Made by a program: the position numbers and the translations under genes. The notes under the pieces are model-generated. The model made no database searches. It had not been told where the DNA came from and saw only the letters and a list, made by a program, of their open reading frames with translations. A stretch of DNA of 64,000 nucleotides from Candidatus Latescibacterota bacterium (GTDB taxonomy: Bacteria > Latescibacterota > CBDEFO01). This document shows, one piece after another, positions 63,590 through 64,000 of the stretch (position 1 is the stretch's first letter; each line of letters opens with the position of its first letter). The stretch covers positions 352,001 through 416,000 of the forward strand of contig CBDEFO010000004.1 of NCBI GenBank assembly GCA_965237525.1, given 5' to 3'.

Positions 63590-64000
63590 ATGAAAGCGTC
63601 CGCTATATTATCTCTCAGTATGAGACTTATTGCCTTACTGTTGGGGGTCCACGCCAATGTTTACGTACCGATGATTGGCTGGAGTATGGCGCGACTCCTG
63701 TCTGATGAACCCTACCAGTGGCCCAATATCGCATCTCAAGCGTCAGCTTTTATTCTGAGCCTTGTCGCAGCCTGTCTTCTTTTCAGATATGCGGATCTGC
63801 TGACCGCAAAATTTGTCTCCTCCGATGAAGAGATTGATATAAGAGGATTGGATGATCTCTCCAAGAGTCAGGATATGTTCCAGTTTGCGTTGAAAGTTGT
63901 CGGCGCTGTCTGCGTTGCCTTCTCGATCCCTCAGATTGTGGGACAGGGGATTATGAGGATAATGCTCAATCCTTCTTTTCAGATGCAGTTGTGGTCTTAC
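63590..64000 (+). CDS. Hypothetical membrane protein (runs off window)
   Basis: ATG63590 frame open to the end, with hydrophobic segments. Confidence 0.55.
   Translation, partial: MKASAILSLSMRLIALLLGVHANVYVPMIGWSMARLLSDEPYQWPNIASQASAFILSLVAACLLFRYADLLTAKFVSSDEEIDIRGLDDLSKSQDMFQFALKVVGAVCVAFSIPQIVGQGIMRIMLNPSFQMQLWSY

Overview
Bacterial chromosomal window. The FlgD-Ig-type secreted protein, DUF4159 proteins and BMC genes suggest an uncultured FCB-group lineage such as Latescibacterota (inference only). Gene content from left to right: an M20 amidohydrolase, ABC exporter, Zn-dehydrogenase and ornithine-cyclodeaminase-family gene; a nuo (complex I) cluster lacking nuoB/G/I, interrupted by two copies of an rve-type IS, a HAD hydrolase, an IS1182 and an antiporter; a full F1Fo atp operon; dcd; two tRNA-Ser, gltX and tRNA-Gln; a cluster of GT-C-like membrane genes; a second IS1182 that joins two truncated genes; tandem DUF4159 paralogs; mutS2; a CaCA antiporter; an ICL/PEPM-family lyase; a frameshifted smc; a small microcompartment (BMC) operon; and accessory ORFs. 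The best candidate for an undescribed system is a ~430-nt, promoter-preceded, extensively base-paired non-coding region (57455-57887) with a convergent ribbon-helix-helix gene, just upstream of the BMC operon. Other notable signals are a secretin N0/STN-like domain inside NuoJ and a nested hierarchy of intergenic repeats, including a ~23-bp palindrome that also lands inside mutS2 and smc. All calls were made by eye; no database searches or folding were run.
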